A DNA stretch of 64,000 nt from Amphiscolops sp. MND2022 (taxonomy: Eukaryota). Position 1 is the first letter of the stretch. Every line of letters starts with the position of its first letter. Position numbers and translations under genes: made by a program. The stretch spans positions 72,666,001 to 72,730,000 of the forward strand of contig OZ076409.1 of the NCBI GenBank assembly GCA_964187785.1. Direction: 5' to 3'. This document shows, one piece after another, positions 25,318 through 40,027 of the stretch. The notes below the pieces were generated by a model that worked only from the letters and a program-made list of their open reading frames with translations, did no database searches and was not told where the DNA came from.

Positions 25318-28300
25318 GTGGGCGGGGGTAATTCCCCAACAAAAAAATCGGCCGGCGGGTCGGGTCCTGCCGGCCGTCCAAAATCAAAATCCTCCTAGTA
25401 GAAAACGGCATGTCAAACGAGCTATTTTTTTATTTAACCATTAGAATTTCACCATTTTTTGCATGCGGCCCTGAAATGGCCATACGAGACGAAGTTCCTG
25501 CTGACGTTTTGCGATGTAAATGTTTTATAAAAAGTTATGGCCGATTTGTCATTCACCTAGAAGGGTAAAATGAGGAAAATTTTAACAAAGTCGCTGATAA
25601 CTCAAAATGTGTTAATTTTTGGACTTTGACTGTGAAACAAGCTTGGAACCTTCATTTCGTGGCTGTGGCATTGCACTGAACGCAAAAGATATAAAGTTTT
25701 TACATTTTTTGAAAATTTGACATTTTTGAAATTTTTTTCACTACTATCAGTATCATATATGTCAAAAACACCTCAGAAAAAAAAATTTATTTGCTTTAAC
25801 TTGGAAACCTTGGTATCCATGGTTTCTGTCGGAACCTACTCGCAACCAAACAACCAACAGTTTGCATCCAATGTGAAAATAAAAACTTTTTCTGGGTCAT
25901 AAGCGTTTCACAAGGATTTCTCAACTTAGTATTAATTTACAAAATGGTCATTTTGAACACAATATTTTCATCGAGGCTTGTCGGCTATAGCCTTAATGTT
26001 CTAGAACGGTCCCACTGGCAACGTAGGAACCATTTATAGTAATAGAAAGTTTAAAAAATATATTTTCACCCTGTCTTCAGTCATTTTTCAGTCATTCGGA
26101 ACTTAACTTAGAAAAATTTCGACCAAAATACCCATTTTTTGACAGATCGAAAATTCAAATTCAACTTTTTAAGCAAAATTATTAACTCTGACGTAACCAG
26201 TGGGGCTCATGATACTCAAAAACACGATTGGGACTGGTACCAATGGCTCCAATATCATATGAGCCGCGATAAGACGTTATTTTGAGCAATACGTCTCAAT
26301 TGAGGGAAACATCTCGCAAGCCTGGGATCACAGTTAAAAGTGATTTCGTCAAAAATTTACTCTTTTTCGTCTATCACTATGTACACAGAGTGCGTAGGGT
26401 GAGTTTCAGCACTATAATGCGGTTTTTGAAGGAATCGGTCTGCTCAAGGGGTGGTATGAGACATTTTTTTTGCATGTAGTACTATATTTCCTAAAAGTTT
26501 TAGCCCATTATCTCGAAAAGCTCACTTCGCAAATTACTTTCAGTTACTCTATTCGAAGCTTAGAATATATATGAACACTGTGGTTGATCAGAAACTCTTG
26601 ACTATTTTGTTTTTGGAAAAAAACTGCCTTGCATGTGTTACATTAGTGGCAGGAAAAATACCAGTAGCTCCAAAAATCACAATTTTGGACGGACAGACCT
26701 GCAATGATGCAAAGCAAAAACGTTTCAACAACTTCTGGCGCCACTTTTTTTACCCAAGAGGTTCGAAATTACTATTAACAATGCTGACATTCGCTATATA
26801 TAAGATCGAGGACAATTTACTAACACTTAGGTTATACATTTATATCAGAGAAACCATTCTTTGTCAGGTCGCAATTTTAAATTCAGTTTGGGAAGCAATA
26901 CTTTTCACTCTGAAGCAAACCGTTGGGCCCAAATTACTCAAAAACTACAAAAAGACTGTCACCAAATGCCCTAATAGCATATGAGATTCGACCGTATGTT
27001 TTTAACACAAAAACTCTCATCCGAAGTAAACATGTTGAAAGCCTTGAATCACCGTGAGAAATGATTTCATCAAAAAATATCCCTTTTTCGTCAATCTTTA
27101 TCTACACAGAACACGTTGTGTCATTTTCAGCCGTGAAATGAGCTTCTACCGTAATATGGGTTGCTCAAGGTGTTGTATAAGACAAAAACTTCCTCTTTTC
27201 TACTATCTTCTTCAAATATTTCAACCCTTTGTCACAAGAAGTTAATATTCAAAATCTCTTTGAAATGTTTCTTTAGGTTGGTGTGAAGTGTTAGAACAAT
27301 AATTATGATCGAAGAATGATAGTATTGGTGTTTGGACCATGTCCGGATGAACAAATTGCAAAATCATGAAAAATTTCTTACCATTTTTGGTCATTTTGTC
27401 AGTACTAAAAATGTTAGCTGAAAAAGAATTTTTTTGATGGCACCATTGGATTCCTCTCAAAAAGTTAGCTATATGAACTGTGTAATAACCCCGTATCTTT
27501 TCAATTTAAATAATTTTAAAAAGCAAACTTTTTTGACTAAAATCCTAAAAATCATACCATTTCCTAAAAAATTTCAAATGCCCCCCATTTGACGTATAAG
27601 AATAGCACAGAAAACTATCACATACCGATCGACTCTACTTCCATTGTAGATTACCAGAATTTTGTTAAGAACAATTTTTGACGGATGCAAAAAAATTTAA
27701 ACCCTCCAAAAAAGGGCCAAAATTACACGAAAAAATTGACCTTAAAATTTTAAAATGTCGAAAAATCATCAAAACCACAGCTTCTTGGGGTTCTATCAAC
27801 TCCACGTGGTCCACAGAGTATGTTAAAACAAGTTTTACCCGTATTTGAGCAATATGTGAAAAAGCCGACTTTTTTGGGAATGAAAAACATACCATTTCCT
27901 AAAAAATTTCAAACGCACCCCATTTGACGTATAAGAATAGCACAGAAAACTATCACATACCGATCGACTCTACTTCCATTGTAGGTTACCAGAATCTTGT
28001 TTAGAACAATTGTTGACGGATGCAAAAAAAAAATTAAACCCTCCAAAAATGGGCCAAAATTACACGAAAAAATTGACCTTAAATTTTTAAAATGTCAAAA
28101 AATCATCAAAATCACAGCTTCTTGGGGTTCTATCAACTCCACGTGGTCCACAGAGTATGCTAAAACAGGTTTACCTGTTTCTGAGCTATATGTGAAAAAA
28201 CCGACATTTTGGGGAAGAAAAACATACCATTTCCTAAAAAATTTCAAATGCACGCCATTTGCTGTATGAGAATAGCACAGAAAACTATCACATACCGATC

Positions 28301-30078
28301 AACTCTACTTCTATTGTAGATTATCAGATTTTTGTTTAGAACAAATTTTTATGGATATAAAAAATTTTTAAACCCTTCAAAAATGAGCCAAAATAACACG
28401 AAAAAATGGACCCTAAATTTTTAAAATGTCAAAAAGATATCCAAACCACAGCTTCTTGGGGTTCTATCAGCTCCACGTGGTCCACAGAGTATGCTAAAAC
28501 AGGTTTTGCCCGTTTTTGAGCAGTATATGAAAAAGCCGACATTTTTGGGGAAGAAAAACATACCATTTCCTAAATAATTTCAAATGCAGGCAATTTGCCG
28601 TATGAGAGTAGCACAGAAAACTATCACACACCGATCAACTCTACTTCTTTTGTAGATTATCAGAATTATGTTTAGAGTAAAGTTTTATGGATATGAAAAA
28701 TTTTTATACCCTCCAAAAATGGGCCAAAATGACACGAAAAAATTGACCTCAAATTTTTAAAATGTCAAAAAATTATCCAAACCACAGCGTCTTGGCGTTC
28801 TATCAACTCCAAATGACCTTCAGAGTATACCAAACCAGGTATTGCCAATCTTTTGAGCAATATTTAAAAACACCGACTATTTGGCAAGAACACCATAATA
28901 TGTTCCATATAAGAAGTGAATCATTCCACATATATACCCGGTCTAATATTTTCAAATTAGCGATAACATTAATACATGATGTTTTTTGAAAGTGAGCTTC
29001 ATAAGAGGTTGAGATGTAATAATACGTAAATGGACCCTAAGTTTCATTGAAATCTCAATGGAATACGTCCAATCAACTTCAATCCTAACTATTATATAAC
29101 AAGAAACACTTGAGTACATTCCATCTCCCCATCGGGGGAGATGAGAATGTACTTTTCAAAAGCCAAAAACTTCGAATTTTAAATCTTTTGTAACATTGTA
29201 TGTAACTGTTGAAACGATGAACGAATAAAAATGCTTCTAGTACCTTCATCAATTTTTGCTTCAGCTCCTATTTCTGCAGAACAAAACCAAAAGACACACT
29301 TACAGCAGTTAAGTTCGATTGTATAACTCAGTGAATAAAGGTATGACTGAGGAAGTTCACAAGTTGTTTCAAAAGTTTCCGGCCTTCCAAAATCATGAAA
29401 CGTCCACACAACCAAGATAGCAAGTGAAAGAATGCTGAATGCACCTTATTAGATGAGATAAATAACGTGTGGAACTTGCCATTATCTTAAGATGACGTTG
29501 ATTTATGATCTTTTAAGGATAGTTCGATATGTGACCACAATAGTGGAAAACTTATTACTATTTGAAGAACACCGTGGAAAGCGTTCAGAAAGGACAGTAT
29601 ATTTGTTTCGAGCATGCATGCGTGTGTTCCTTTGGTGACGTTAGCTTAGTGTACATGACGGAGGTATTCGAGAGATTATGATAGAGTTTACTCACAAGTC
29701 TTTGTTTTTTTAAACTTTCTATGCCGTTGAGTACATTCGTAAGGTCCATCCATCCCCTTCTCTGGGAATGTACGTTTGCCAAATGACTGTCATCCAAAAT
29801 TCGTAATCCGGACGAGTTTAACTACATAAACATGTGATGAGCGTTTTCTATTCAAAACCGAATAACTTTTTTTTCTCGAAAATGATGATGGTTTTGATTT
29901 TGATGTCTTCTACTTTTATCATCATGCAAACGACCTTACCATGTCTCTCTTCTGTCGTCATTTGTACAACGCCACATAGCGTTCCGACGCCCACCGTCTG
30001 TGGGCATGCCGAGGCATGCCCTTCGACGACGTATGCCAAATGAGCCATACCCGCACTCTGGAGTGCGGTAGCGGCTAG
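25318..30078 (+). mobile_element. U11: family A-long cassette, 4761 bp (diverged from U2/U5)
   Basis: Same layout as U2 with many substitutions; H2 hairpin 29113-29153. Confidence 0.8.
27515..28885 (+). repeat. About 4 copies of the ~337-bp internal tandem repeat
   Basis: Homologous to 4790-6140 (GGGTTCTATCAACTCCACGTGGTCCACAGAGTATG recurs). Confidence 0.85.
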
Positions 30079-32067
30079 GTGGGCGGGGGTAATTCCCCAA
30101 CAAAAAAATCGGCCGGCGGGTCGGGTCCTGCCGGCCGTCCAAAATCAAAATCCTCCTAGTAGAAAACGGCCGGTCAAACGAGCTATTTTTTTATTTAACC
30201 GTTAGAATTTGGGTTTAGATTGCATGCGGCCATGAAATGGCCATACGAAGGGAAGTTCCTGCTGACGTTTTGCGATTGAAACACTTTATAAAAAGTTATG
30301 GCCAATTTGTCATTCACCTAGAAGGGCAAAATGAGGAAAATTTTAACAAAGTCGCTGATAACTCAAAATGTAATAATTTTTGGACTTTGACAGTGAAACA
30401 AGCTTGGAACTGTCATTTCGTGGCTGTGGCATTGCACTGAACACAAAAGATGTAAAGTTTTCACATTTTTTGGAAATTCGACATTTTTGATTTTTTTTTC
30501 ACTACTATCAGTACACTATATGTCAAAAACACCTCAGAAAAAAAATTTTATTTGCTTTAAATTGGAAACCTTGGTATCCATGGTTTCTGTCGGAACCTAC
30601 TCGCAGCCAAACACCCAACAGTTTGCATCCAATGTGAAATAAAAAATTTTTTCGAGGTCATAAGCGTTTCACAAGGTTTTCATGATTTAGTATTAAATTA
30701 CATAGTGGTCATTTTAAACATAAAATTTTGGTCCAGGCATGTCGGATATAGTCTGAATGCTCACGAACGGTCCTACTGGCAACGTAGGAACCATTTATAG
30801 TAATAAAAAGTATTAAAAAATTTTTTTCACCCGGTCTTCAGTCATTTTTCAGACATTCGGAACTTAACTTAGAAAATTTTCGAACCAAATACCCATTTTT
30901 TGTCAGCTCGATAATTGAAATTCAGCTATTAAAGCAAAATTTTTTACTCTGACGTAACCAGTGGGGTCCATGATACTCAAAAATACGATTGGGACTGGTA
31001 CCAATGGCTCCTATATCATATGAGCCGCGATAAGACGTTATTTTGAGCAATACGTCTCAATTGAGGTAAACATCTCGCAAGCCTGGGATCACAGTGAAAT
31101 GTAAATTCATTAAAAAATTACTCATTTTCGTCAATCACTATGTGCATAGAGTGGGTAGGGTGAGTTCCAACACTATAATGAGGTTTTTGAAGGCATCGGG
31201 TTGCTCAAGGGGTGGTATGAGTCATTACTTTCCTATATACAACTGTATTTTCAAAAACTTTTAGCCCATTATCTGGAAAAACTAACTTGACAAAATACTT
31301 TCAATTACTTTATTCAAAGGCTACAATATAGATGAACCCTGTGGTTGATCAGAAACTTTCATCTCTGTCGTTTTCCGAAATAACTCCTTTCAAATGTGTT
31401 ACATTTGCAGCAGAAAAAAAAACTGAAACTAAAAAATACGCAATTTTGCTGAGATAGAATCGCAATGGTTGCGCCTAAAATCTCTTTAAATACTTCTAAC
31501 GCGACCTTACGGACCCAAAATGATTGAAAATGCCATTCACAATGCTGACATGTGCTCTTTCTACGATCCTGGCTGGACAAGTTTTGCATTTTTTTCAAGT
31601 ACCTGTTAACTGAACATTGTGATAGCCTTTCAAGTTGGCCTTGTGTCAACTTGGGAAGGCTGTCACATCAAAAAACTGTCAACAAAAATACCATTTGTTT
31701 ATAGGATATTGCTGTCGATGCTTCACTTCGTGATTCGATCATGTCGTGAGTTCCTTCCATCAGGTCAGCTAACATTTGGATTCAGTGTTGGATAAGAACC
31801 TATGATTTTCATGACAATTTTCGTTTTTTTTTTGCCAACAAAAAGTACAAATAAATGATATAAAACATATTTGTAACCTCTAGGAAGTTTAACTTTACCT
31901 TTTTTACCGTTACCATCACAACCCACCCCCTACGACCTCGCAGTGTCCTCATTACAACGCCACATAGTGTAGCGACGCCCACAGTCTGTGGGCATGCCGA
32001 GGCATGCCCTTCGACGACGTATGCCAAAAATAGCGCCCTCCGCGGTCACTACCGCGGTAGCAGCTAG
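30079..32067 (+). mobile_element. U12: family A cassette, 1989 bp
   Basis: Nearly identical to U6. Confidence 0.8.
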
Positions 32068-34062
32068 GTGGGCGGGGGTAATTCCCCAACAAAAATTACG
32101 GCCGGCGGGTTGGGTCCTGCCGGACGTTCAAATAGCGCGAAGCATCTAGTAGAAAACAAGGAGTCCTGAAACAGCGATTTTAAAATTGAACCGTTAGAAT
32201 TTGGTTTTAGATTGCATGCGGCCCTAAAATCCCCATACGAATGGAAGTTCCTGCTGGCGTTAAGCGATTGAAATAATATATAAAAAGTTATGGCCCATTT
32301 TTGGGTCACCGAGAAGGTCAAAACGAAGAAAATTTTAACTAAGTTGCTGATAACTCAAAATGTGTTAATTTTTGGACTTTGACTGTGAAACAAGCTTGGA
32401 ACCTTCATTTCGTGGCTGTGGCATTGCACTGAACACAAAAGATGTAAAGTTTTCACATTTTTTGAAAATTCGACATTTTTGAATTTTTATTCACTACTAT
32501 CAGTACACTATATGTCAAAAACACCTCTAAAAAAATTTTTTATTTGCTTAAATTTAGAAACCTCGGTATCCATGGTTTCCGTCAGTGCCTACTCGCTGCC
32601 AAACACTCAACAGTTTGCATCCAATGTGAAAATAAAATTTTTTTCGAGGTCTTAGGTGTTTCACAAGGATTACTCAACTTAGTATCAATTTACAAATTGG
32701 TCATTTTGAACACATTATTTTCATCGAAGCGTGTCATATACCGCCCTAATGCTCACGAACGGGCCTACTGGCAACGTTGGAACAATTTATCGTAATAGAA
32801 AATATAAAAAAAAATTTTTCACCCGGTCATCAGTCATTTTTCACACATTCGGAACTTAACTTAGAAAAATTTCAACCGAAAAACCCATTTTTTGTCAGGT
32901 CGAAAATTCAAAGTCAGCTTTTTAAGCAAAATTATCAACTCTGACGTAACCAGTGGGGCCCATGATACTCAAAACAACGATTGGGGTTGGTACCAATGGC
33001 TCCAATAACATATGAGTCGCGATAAGACGTTATTTTGAGCAATATGTCTCAATTGAGTTAAAGATCTCGCCAACCAGTGATCACTGTGAAATGTAAATTC
33101 ATTAAAAATTTACTCATTTTCGTCAATCACCATGTGCACAGAGTGCGTAGGGTGAGTTCCAGCACTATAATGAGGTTTTTGAAGGCATCGGGTTGCTCAA
33201 GGGGTGGTATGAGACATTTTTTTCCTATATACTACTGTATTTTCCAAAAGTTTTAGCCCATTATCTGGAAAAACTAACTTGACAAAATACTTTCAATAAC
33301 TTTATTCAAAGGTTACAATGTAGATGAACCCAGTGGTTGATCAAAAATTTTCATCTCTTTCGGTTTCCGAAATAATTCCCTTCGAATGTGTTACATTTGT
33401 AGCAGGAAAAAAACCGAAACTAAAAAATACGCGATTTTGCTGAGATAGAATTGCAATGGTTGCCCCTAAAATCTCTTTAAATACTTCTAACGCGACCTTA
33501 TGGACCCAAAATGATTGAAAATGCCATTCACACTGCTGACATGTGCTCTTTCGACGATCCTGGCTAGACAAGTTTTGCATATTTTTCAAGTACCTGTTAA
33601 CTGAATTTTGTGATAGCCTTTTAAGTTGGCCTTGTGTCAACTTGGGAAGGCTATCACATCAAAAAACTTTCATCAAAAATACTTTTTGTTTATACAATAA
33701 TGTAGTCGATAGTTATTTTCGTGATTTTACACTACCGTTAGTACCTTCCGCCAGGTCAGCTGACGATTGCATGCTGTCTTTGATAAAAACGTATGAACAC
33801 CAAGAAAATATTGTTGTATTTTTGTTGAAGAAAAGTATTAATAAATAATAAAAATATAATTCTAACCTTAAACAACTATAAATTTGCTTAACCGTTATTA
33901 GTCCTACCACCTATCATCAGCCTATGCCATGGCCCGGTGATTAGTAGTAGAACGCCACATAAAGTAGCGACGCCCACAGTCTGTGGGCATGCCGAGGCAT
34001 GCCCTTCGACGACGTATGGCAATTTTAGCGTAGCCCGCGGTCACTACCGCGGTAGCAGCTAG
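32068..34062 (+). mobile_element. U13: family A cassette, 1995 bp
   Basis: 5' ~700 bp nearly identical to U3; 3' part differs. Confidence 0.8.
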
Positions 34063-36055
34063 GTGCGGGGGGGTAACCCCAACTTTTTTCTTGGAGGAAT
34101 CGGGTAGGGTCCTGATTCCGAGTTCAGTGCCGCCAGCTATCGTTAAAAACCTATACCTTTTAAACCCGATCTCGAGAACTAACCACGCCCCTTCTTTAAT
34201 TTTTTGGCCCCCACTCACTTTTTGATAGTAGATCGCCCCCCACTGGGTTCCAAGTTGGGCAAAAATGGAGGTCAGGGGTAACGGGGACCGTTAAGGGGTA
34301 ACTCAGGGGGTAAAATTTATTTTTTGCGTCATATCTTTTCCCCCCGTGGATTTAGCGCTTCCGGTCAGCAGACAAAACCTCATGTACGTGATACGGGGCC
34401 TCCATAGGTCCAAACAAAATTTTTCTATCATGCACCGTTACGGACTTGCCCCCCCGGCCCAACCGTTATTTTGCCGGAAATTGCACTTTTTGACCGGGAA
34501 GGAGTCGTCTGAGCACGGAGTCGTTTGGTAATGTTTTGTAGTGCATCTGGAGACGTGTTGGGGGACATGTAGTTTGCCGACCCCAGTTTACCCCTCAGAC
34601 GGGAAATGACCGTTATGTCAGTTTTGAAAATGCCCCCCTTCAATTTTCCCCGCAATTTCCGTTGTGAAGGAGTGGGAGTAGCGCGTCGGGTGCCATATAT
34701 CAAAAGTAGGTTTAGACAAGGACCAACCGGAAACATGTGGTTTGGGACCCCCTGACCCAACCCGTTAGCCGTTATAAAGGTGATCGCCTCCTTTTTTTAC
34801 ACTCAAAACCGGAAAACGGGCATTGAGGGGTAAATATCTCGTGAACGCGTGGAGCAATCGTGTCCATCACTACTACAAGGTTTCATACCCATGATATGGT
34901 GCCTTCAGGGGGGCAAACAGATTACCGCTATCTATCACCGTTACCGACTTGGCCCCCCAGCCTAACCGCTATGTGACCGGAAATTGCACTTTTTGAGCCC
35001 AAAGGGTCGGTCCCAGCCTGGGAACGTTAGGTAACTTATTGTAGTACTCATTGAGACGAGTTGGGGGATATAGTTTCAGTCACCCCCCGTTACCCCTTGA
35101 GACCGGAAATGACCGTTATGTGAGTAGAATTGCAATTTTTATACCTTTTGAAGGGCATTTAGGTGCGGAAGGAATGGTAATAGGCGCTTGGACACTATAT
35201 GATGTAATGGAGGTCGTGAGGAGAGCATTCGGAAATAACCGTTATGTTGACCCCAAAGTCCCCCTGGTACCGTTAACGACCGGAAATGGCCAAATTTTGT
35301 GTTTATAGGGTACAAATGTTTGGTATTTTATGGATAAAAGTACCTGGAAGATGTTTTAAAGGCCTCCAGAATTGAACATAGTCATGAAACCTTGTGGGGG
35401 ATAACGGTATATAGCACCGTAAGTCCAAACCGTTGGTCACAGAATAGGTTTTTTGGTTTCAAAATGTCTTTAGGCGTAGTTTTGTGGGTTGAATCGTCAT
35501 AATATCAACTAATACGGACTTTTTTGGGAAATGAAATTTTTTCACATTAGTTTCAGGGACCTACAATGCTTTAGTCAACATAACCGTAACATTTTGATAG
35601 CCTTTCAAGTTGACCTGGTGTCAACTTGGAAGGGCTATCCTTCTAAAATCGTTAATCAAGAGTGTTTTTGGATAGGTATATGTTGCATTAGTACCAATTA
35701 GAGCTTCATCAACAGTTTGCCAACGGCAAAACAATGTCGTGATAATTCCGTTATAAGAATAACAGTTAACAAATTGTTTACAAAGTTGATTTTTCCCATT
35801 CAAAATGTGTCCAAATGCCACCAAATTGAATAAAATAATAAATGGTATTGACTAAAACTAACTAACATTGAAAAAGAAGCTCAACATTTTTAATAGGTCT
35901 CATTATGGAAGCTGAAACCTCACGTTTTAGTTTAATTAACGTCAACGCCACATACTTTACTACAACGCCCACCGTCTGTGGGCATGCCGAGGCATGCCCT
36001 TCGACGACGTATGGCAAATTCGCCCCTGCGAGGTCACTACCGCGGTAGCAGCTAG
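34063..36055 (+). mobile_element. U14: family B cassette, 1993 bp
   Basis: B subfamily nearly identical to U21. Confidence 0.8.
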
Positions 36056-38037
36056 GTGGGCGGGGGTAATTCCCCAACAAAAATTACGGCCGGCGGGTTG
36101 GGTCCTGCCGGACGTCAAATAGCAAAGAATATCTAGTAGGAAACGGCGACACAGAATCGCGATTTTTAAATCTAACCACAATTTTTTGGACTTGGAGTGC
36201 ATGCGGCCCTGAAATGCCCATACGAATCGAAGTTCCTGCTGACGTTAAGCGATTGAAATAATATATAAAAAGTTATGGCCCATTTTTCACTCACATAGAA
36301 GGGTAAAATGAGGAAATTTTTAACAAAGTCGCTGATAACTCAAAATGTGTTAATTTTTGGACATTGACTGTGAAACAAGCTTGGAACCTTCATTTCGTGG
36401 CTGTGGCATTGCATTGAACACAAAAGATGTAAAGTTTTTACATTTTTTGAAAATTCGACTTTTTTGAAATTTTTTTCACTACTATCAGTACCCATATGTC
36501 AAAAACGCCTCAGAAAAAAATTTTTATTTGCTTTAAATTGGAAACCTTGGTATTCATGGTTTCTGTCGGAACCTACTCGCAGCCAAACACCCAACAGTTT
36601 GCATCCAAAGTGAAAATAAAATTTTTTTCGGGGTCATAAGCGTTTCACAAGGATTTCTCAACTTAGTATTAATTTACAAAATGGTCATTTTGAACACAAT
36701 ATTTTCATCGAGGCATGTCGGCTATAGTCCTATTGCTCACGAACGGTCCTACTGGCAACGTAATAACCATTTATAGAAATGTAAAGTTATAAAAAAAATT
36801 TTTCACCCGGTCTTCAGTCATTTTTCAGTCATTCGGAACTTAACTTAGGAAAATTTCGACCAAAATATCCATTTTTTGTCAGGTCGAAAAATCAAATTCA
36901 TATTTTTAAGCAAAATTATTAACTCTGACGTAACCCATGGGGCCCATGATACTCAAAACAACGATTGACACTGGTATCAATGGCTCCAATAACATATGAG
37001 TCGCGATAAGACGTTATTTTGAGCATTACGTCTCAATTGAGGTAAAGATCTCGCAAGCCAGCGATCACTGTGAAATGTGATTTCATCAAAAATTTACTCT
37101 TTTTTGTCAATCACTATGTGCACAGAATGCGTAGGGTGCGTTTCAGCACTATAATGAGGTTTTTGAAGGCATCGAGTTGCTCAAGGGGTGGTATGAGACA
37201 TTTTTGTCCCATATACTACTGTATTTTCCAAAATTTTTAACCCAATATCTGGAAATACCAACTTGACAAAATACTTTCAACTACTTTATTCAAAGGTTAC
37301 AATATAGATGAACACAGTGGTTGATCAGAAACTTTCATCTCTTTCGTTTTCCGAAATATTTCCCTTCGCATGTGTTACATTCGTAGCAGAAAAAAAATCG
37401 AAACTGAAAAATACGCAATTTTGCTAATATAGAATCGCAATGACTGTGCCTAAAAACTCTTTAAACACTTCTAACGCAACCTTACGCACCCAAAATGATC
37501 GAAAATGCTATTCACAATGGTGACATGTGCTCTTTCTACGATCCTGGCTGGACAAGGTTTGCATATTTTTCAAGTACCTGTCAGCTAATTCTTGTGATAG
37601 CCTTTTCAGTTGGCCTTGTGTCAACTTGGGAAGGCTATCACATCAAAAAACCAGCAACAAAAATAATTTTTGTTTATTGGATCTTACAGTCGATACTTTT
37701 TTTCGTGATTCTATACTACCGTTAGTATATTTCATCAGGTCACCTTACGATTGCATTCAGTCTTTGATAAAAACCTATGAACTCAAAGTCACATTTATAT
37801 TTTTTTTGTCAAAAAAACATCAAAAATATCTAAAATATATAAAATAGAGTCTTTAACTTTTTTACGTTTCAAGTTTCTGCCGTTATTAAGCCAATCAACT
37901 TCCTACAGCCACGCTCTCTGTCATACTGTACAACGCCACATAGTGTTGCGACGTGCATAGTCTGTGGGCATGCCGAGGCATGCCCTTCGACGACGTATGC
38001 CGAATACCGCGGGCCTACGCCCGCGCTCCCCGGCTAG
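36056..38037 (+). mobile_element. U15: family A cassette, 1982 bp
   Basis: Collinear with U1; 3' part matches U0. Confidence 0.8.
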
Positions 38038-40027
38038 GTGGGCGGGGGTAATTCCCCAACAAAAAAATCGGCCGGCGGGTCGGGTCCTGCCGGCCGTCCA
38101 AAATCAAAATCCTCCTAGTAGAAAACGGCATGTCAAACGAGCTATTTTTTTATTTAACCATTAGAATTTCACCATTTTTTGCATGCGGCCCTGAAATGGC
38201 CATACGAGACGAAGTTCCTGCTGACGTTTTGCGATGTAAATGTTTTATAAAAAGTTATGGCCGATTTGTCATTCACCTAGAAGGGTAAAATGAGGAAAAT
38301 TTTAACAAAGTCGCTGATAACTCAAAATGTGTTAATTTTTGGACTTTGACTGTGAAACAAGCTTGGAACCTTCATTTCGTGGCTGGGGCATTGGACTGAA
38401 CACAAAAGATGTAAAGTTTTTACGTTTTTTGAAAATTCGACATTTTTGAAATTTTTTTCACTACTATCAGTACCCCATATGTCAAAAACACCTCAGAAAA
38501 AAATTTTTATTTGCTTTAAATTGGAAACCTTGGTATCCATGGTTTCTGTCGGAACCTACTCGCAGCCAAACACCCAACAGTTTGCATCCAATGTGAAAAT
38601 AAAAATTTTTTCGGGGACATAAGCGTTTCACAAGGTTTTCATGTTTTAGTATTAAATTACATAGTGGTCATTTTAAACATAAAATTTTGGTCCAGGTATG
38701 TCGGATATAGTCTGAATGCTCACGAACGGTCCTACTGGCAACGTAGGAACCATTTATAGTAATGAAAAGTAATAAAAAAATTTTTTTAACCGGTCTTCAG
38801 TCATTTTTCAGACATTCGGAACTTAACTTAGAAAATTTTCGAACCAAATACCCATTTTTTGTCAGGTCGAAAATTGAAATTCAGCTATTAAAGCAAAATT
38901 TTTTACTCTGACGTAACCAGTGGGGTCCATGATACTCAAAAATACGATTGGGACTGGTACCAATGGCTCCTATATCATATGAGCCGCGATAAGACGTTAT
39001 TTTGAGCAATACGTCTCAATTGAGGTAAACATCTTGCAAGCCTGGGATCACAGTGAAATGTAATTTCATCAAAAAATTACTCATTTTCGTCAATCACTAT
39101 GTGCAGAGAGTGGGTAGGGTGAGTTCCAACACTATAATGAGGTTTTTGAAGGCATAGGGTTGCTCAAGGGGTGGTATGAGTCATTACTTTCCTCTATACA
39201 ACTGTATTTTCAAAAACTTTTAGCCCATTATCTGGAAAAATTAACTTGACAAAATACTTTCAATTAATTTATTCAAAGGTTACAATATAGATGAACACTG
39301 TGGTTGATCAGAAACTTTCATCTCTTTCGTTTTCCGAAATAACTCCTTTCAAATGTGTTACATTTGTAGCAGGAAAAAAAACTGAAACTAAAAAATACGC
39401 GATTTTGCTGAGATAGAATCGCAATGGTTGCGCCTAAAATCTCTTTAAATACTTCTAACGCGACCTTACGGACCCAAAATGATTGAAAATGCCATTCACA
39501 ATGCTGACATCTGCTCTTTCTACGATCCTGGCTGGACAAGTTTTGCATTTTTTTCAAGTACCTGTTAACTGAACATTGTGATAGCCTTTCAAGTTGGCCT
39601 TGTGTCAACTTGGGAAGGCTGTCACATCAAAAAACTGTCAACAAAAATACTCTTTGTTTATAGGATAATGCTGTCGATGCTTCACTTCGTGATTCGATCA
39701 TGTCGTGAGTTCCTTCCATCAGGTCAGCTAACATTTGGATTCAGTGTTGGATAAGAACCTATGATTTTCATGACAATTTTAGTTCTTTTTTGTCAACAAA
39801 AAGTACAAATAAATGATATAAAACATATTTGTAACCTTTAGGAAGTTTAACTTTACCTTTATTTACCGTTGCCATCGCCACCCACCCCCTACGACCTCGC
39901 AGTGTCCTCATTACAACGCCACATAGTGTAGCGACGCCCACAGTCTGTGGGCATGCCGAGGCATGCCCTTCGACGACGTATGCCAAATATAGCGTTAGCC
40001 CGCGGTCACTACCGCGGTAGCAGCTAG
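38038..40027 (+). mobile_element. U16: family A cassette, 1990 bp
   Basis: U1-type 5' part joined to U6/U12-type 3' part. Confidence 0.8.
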
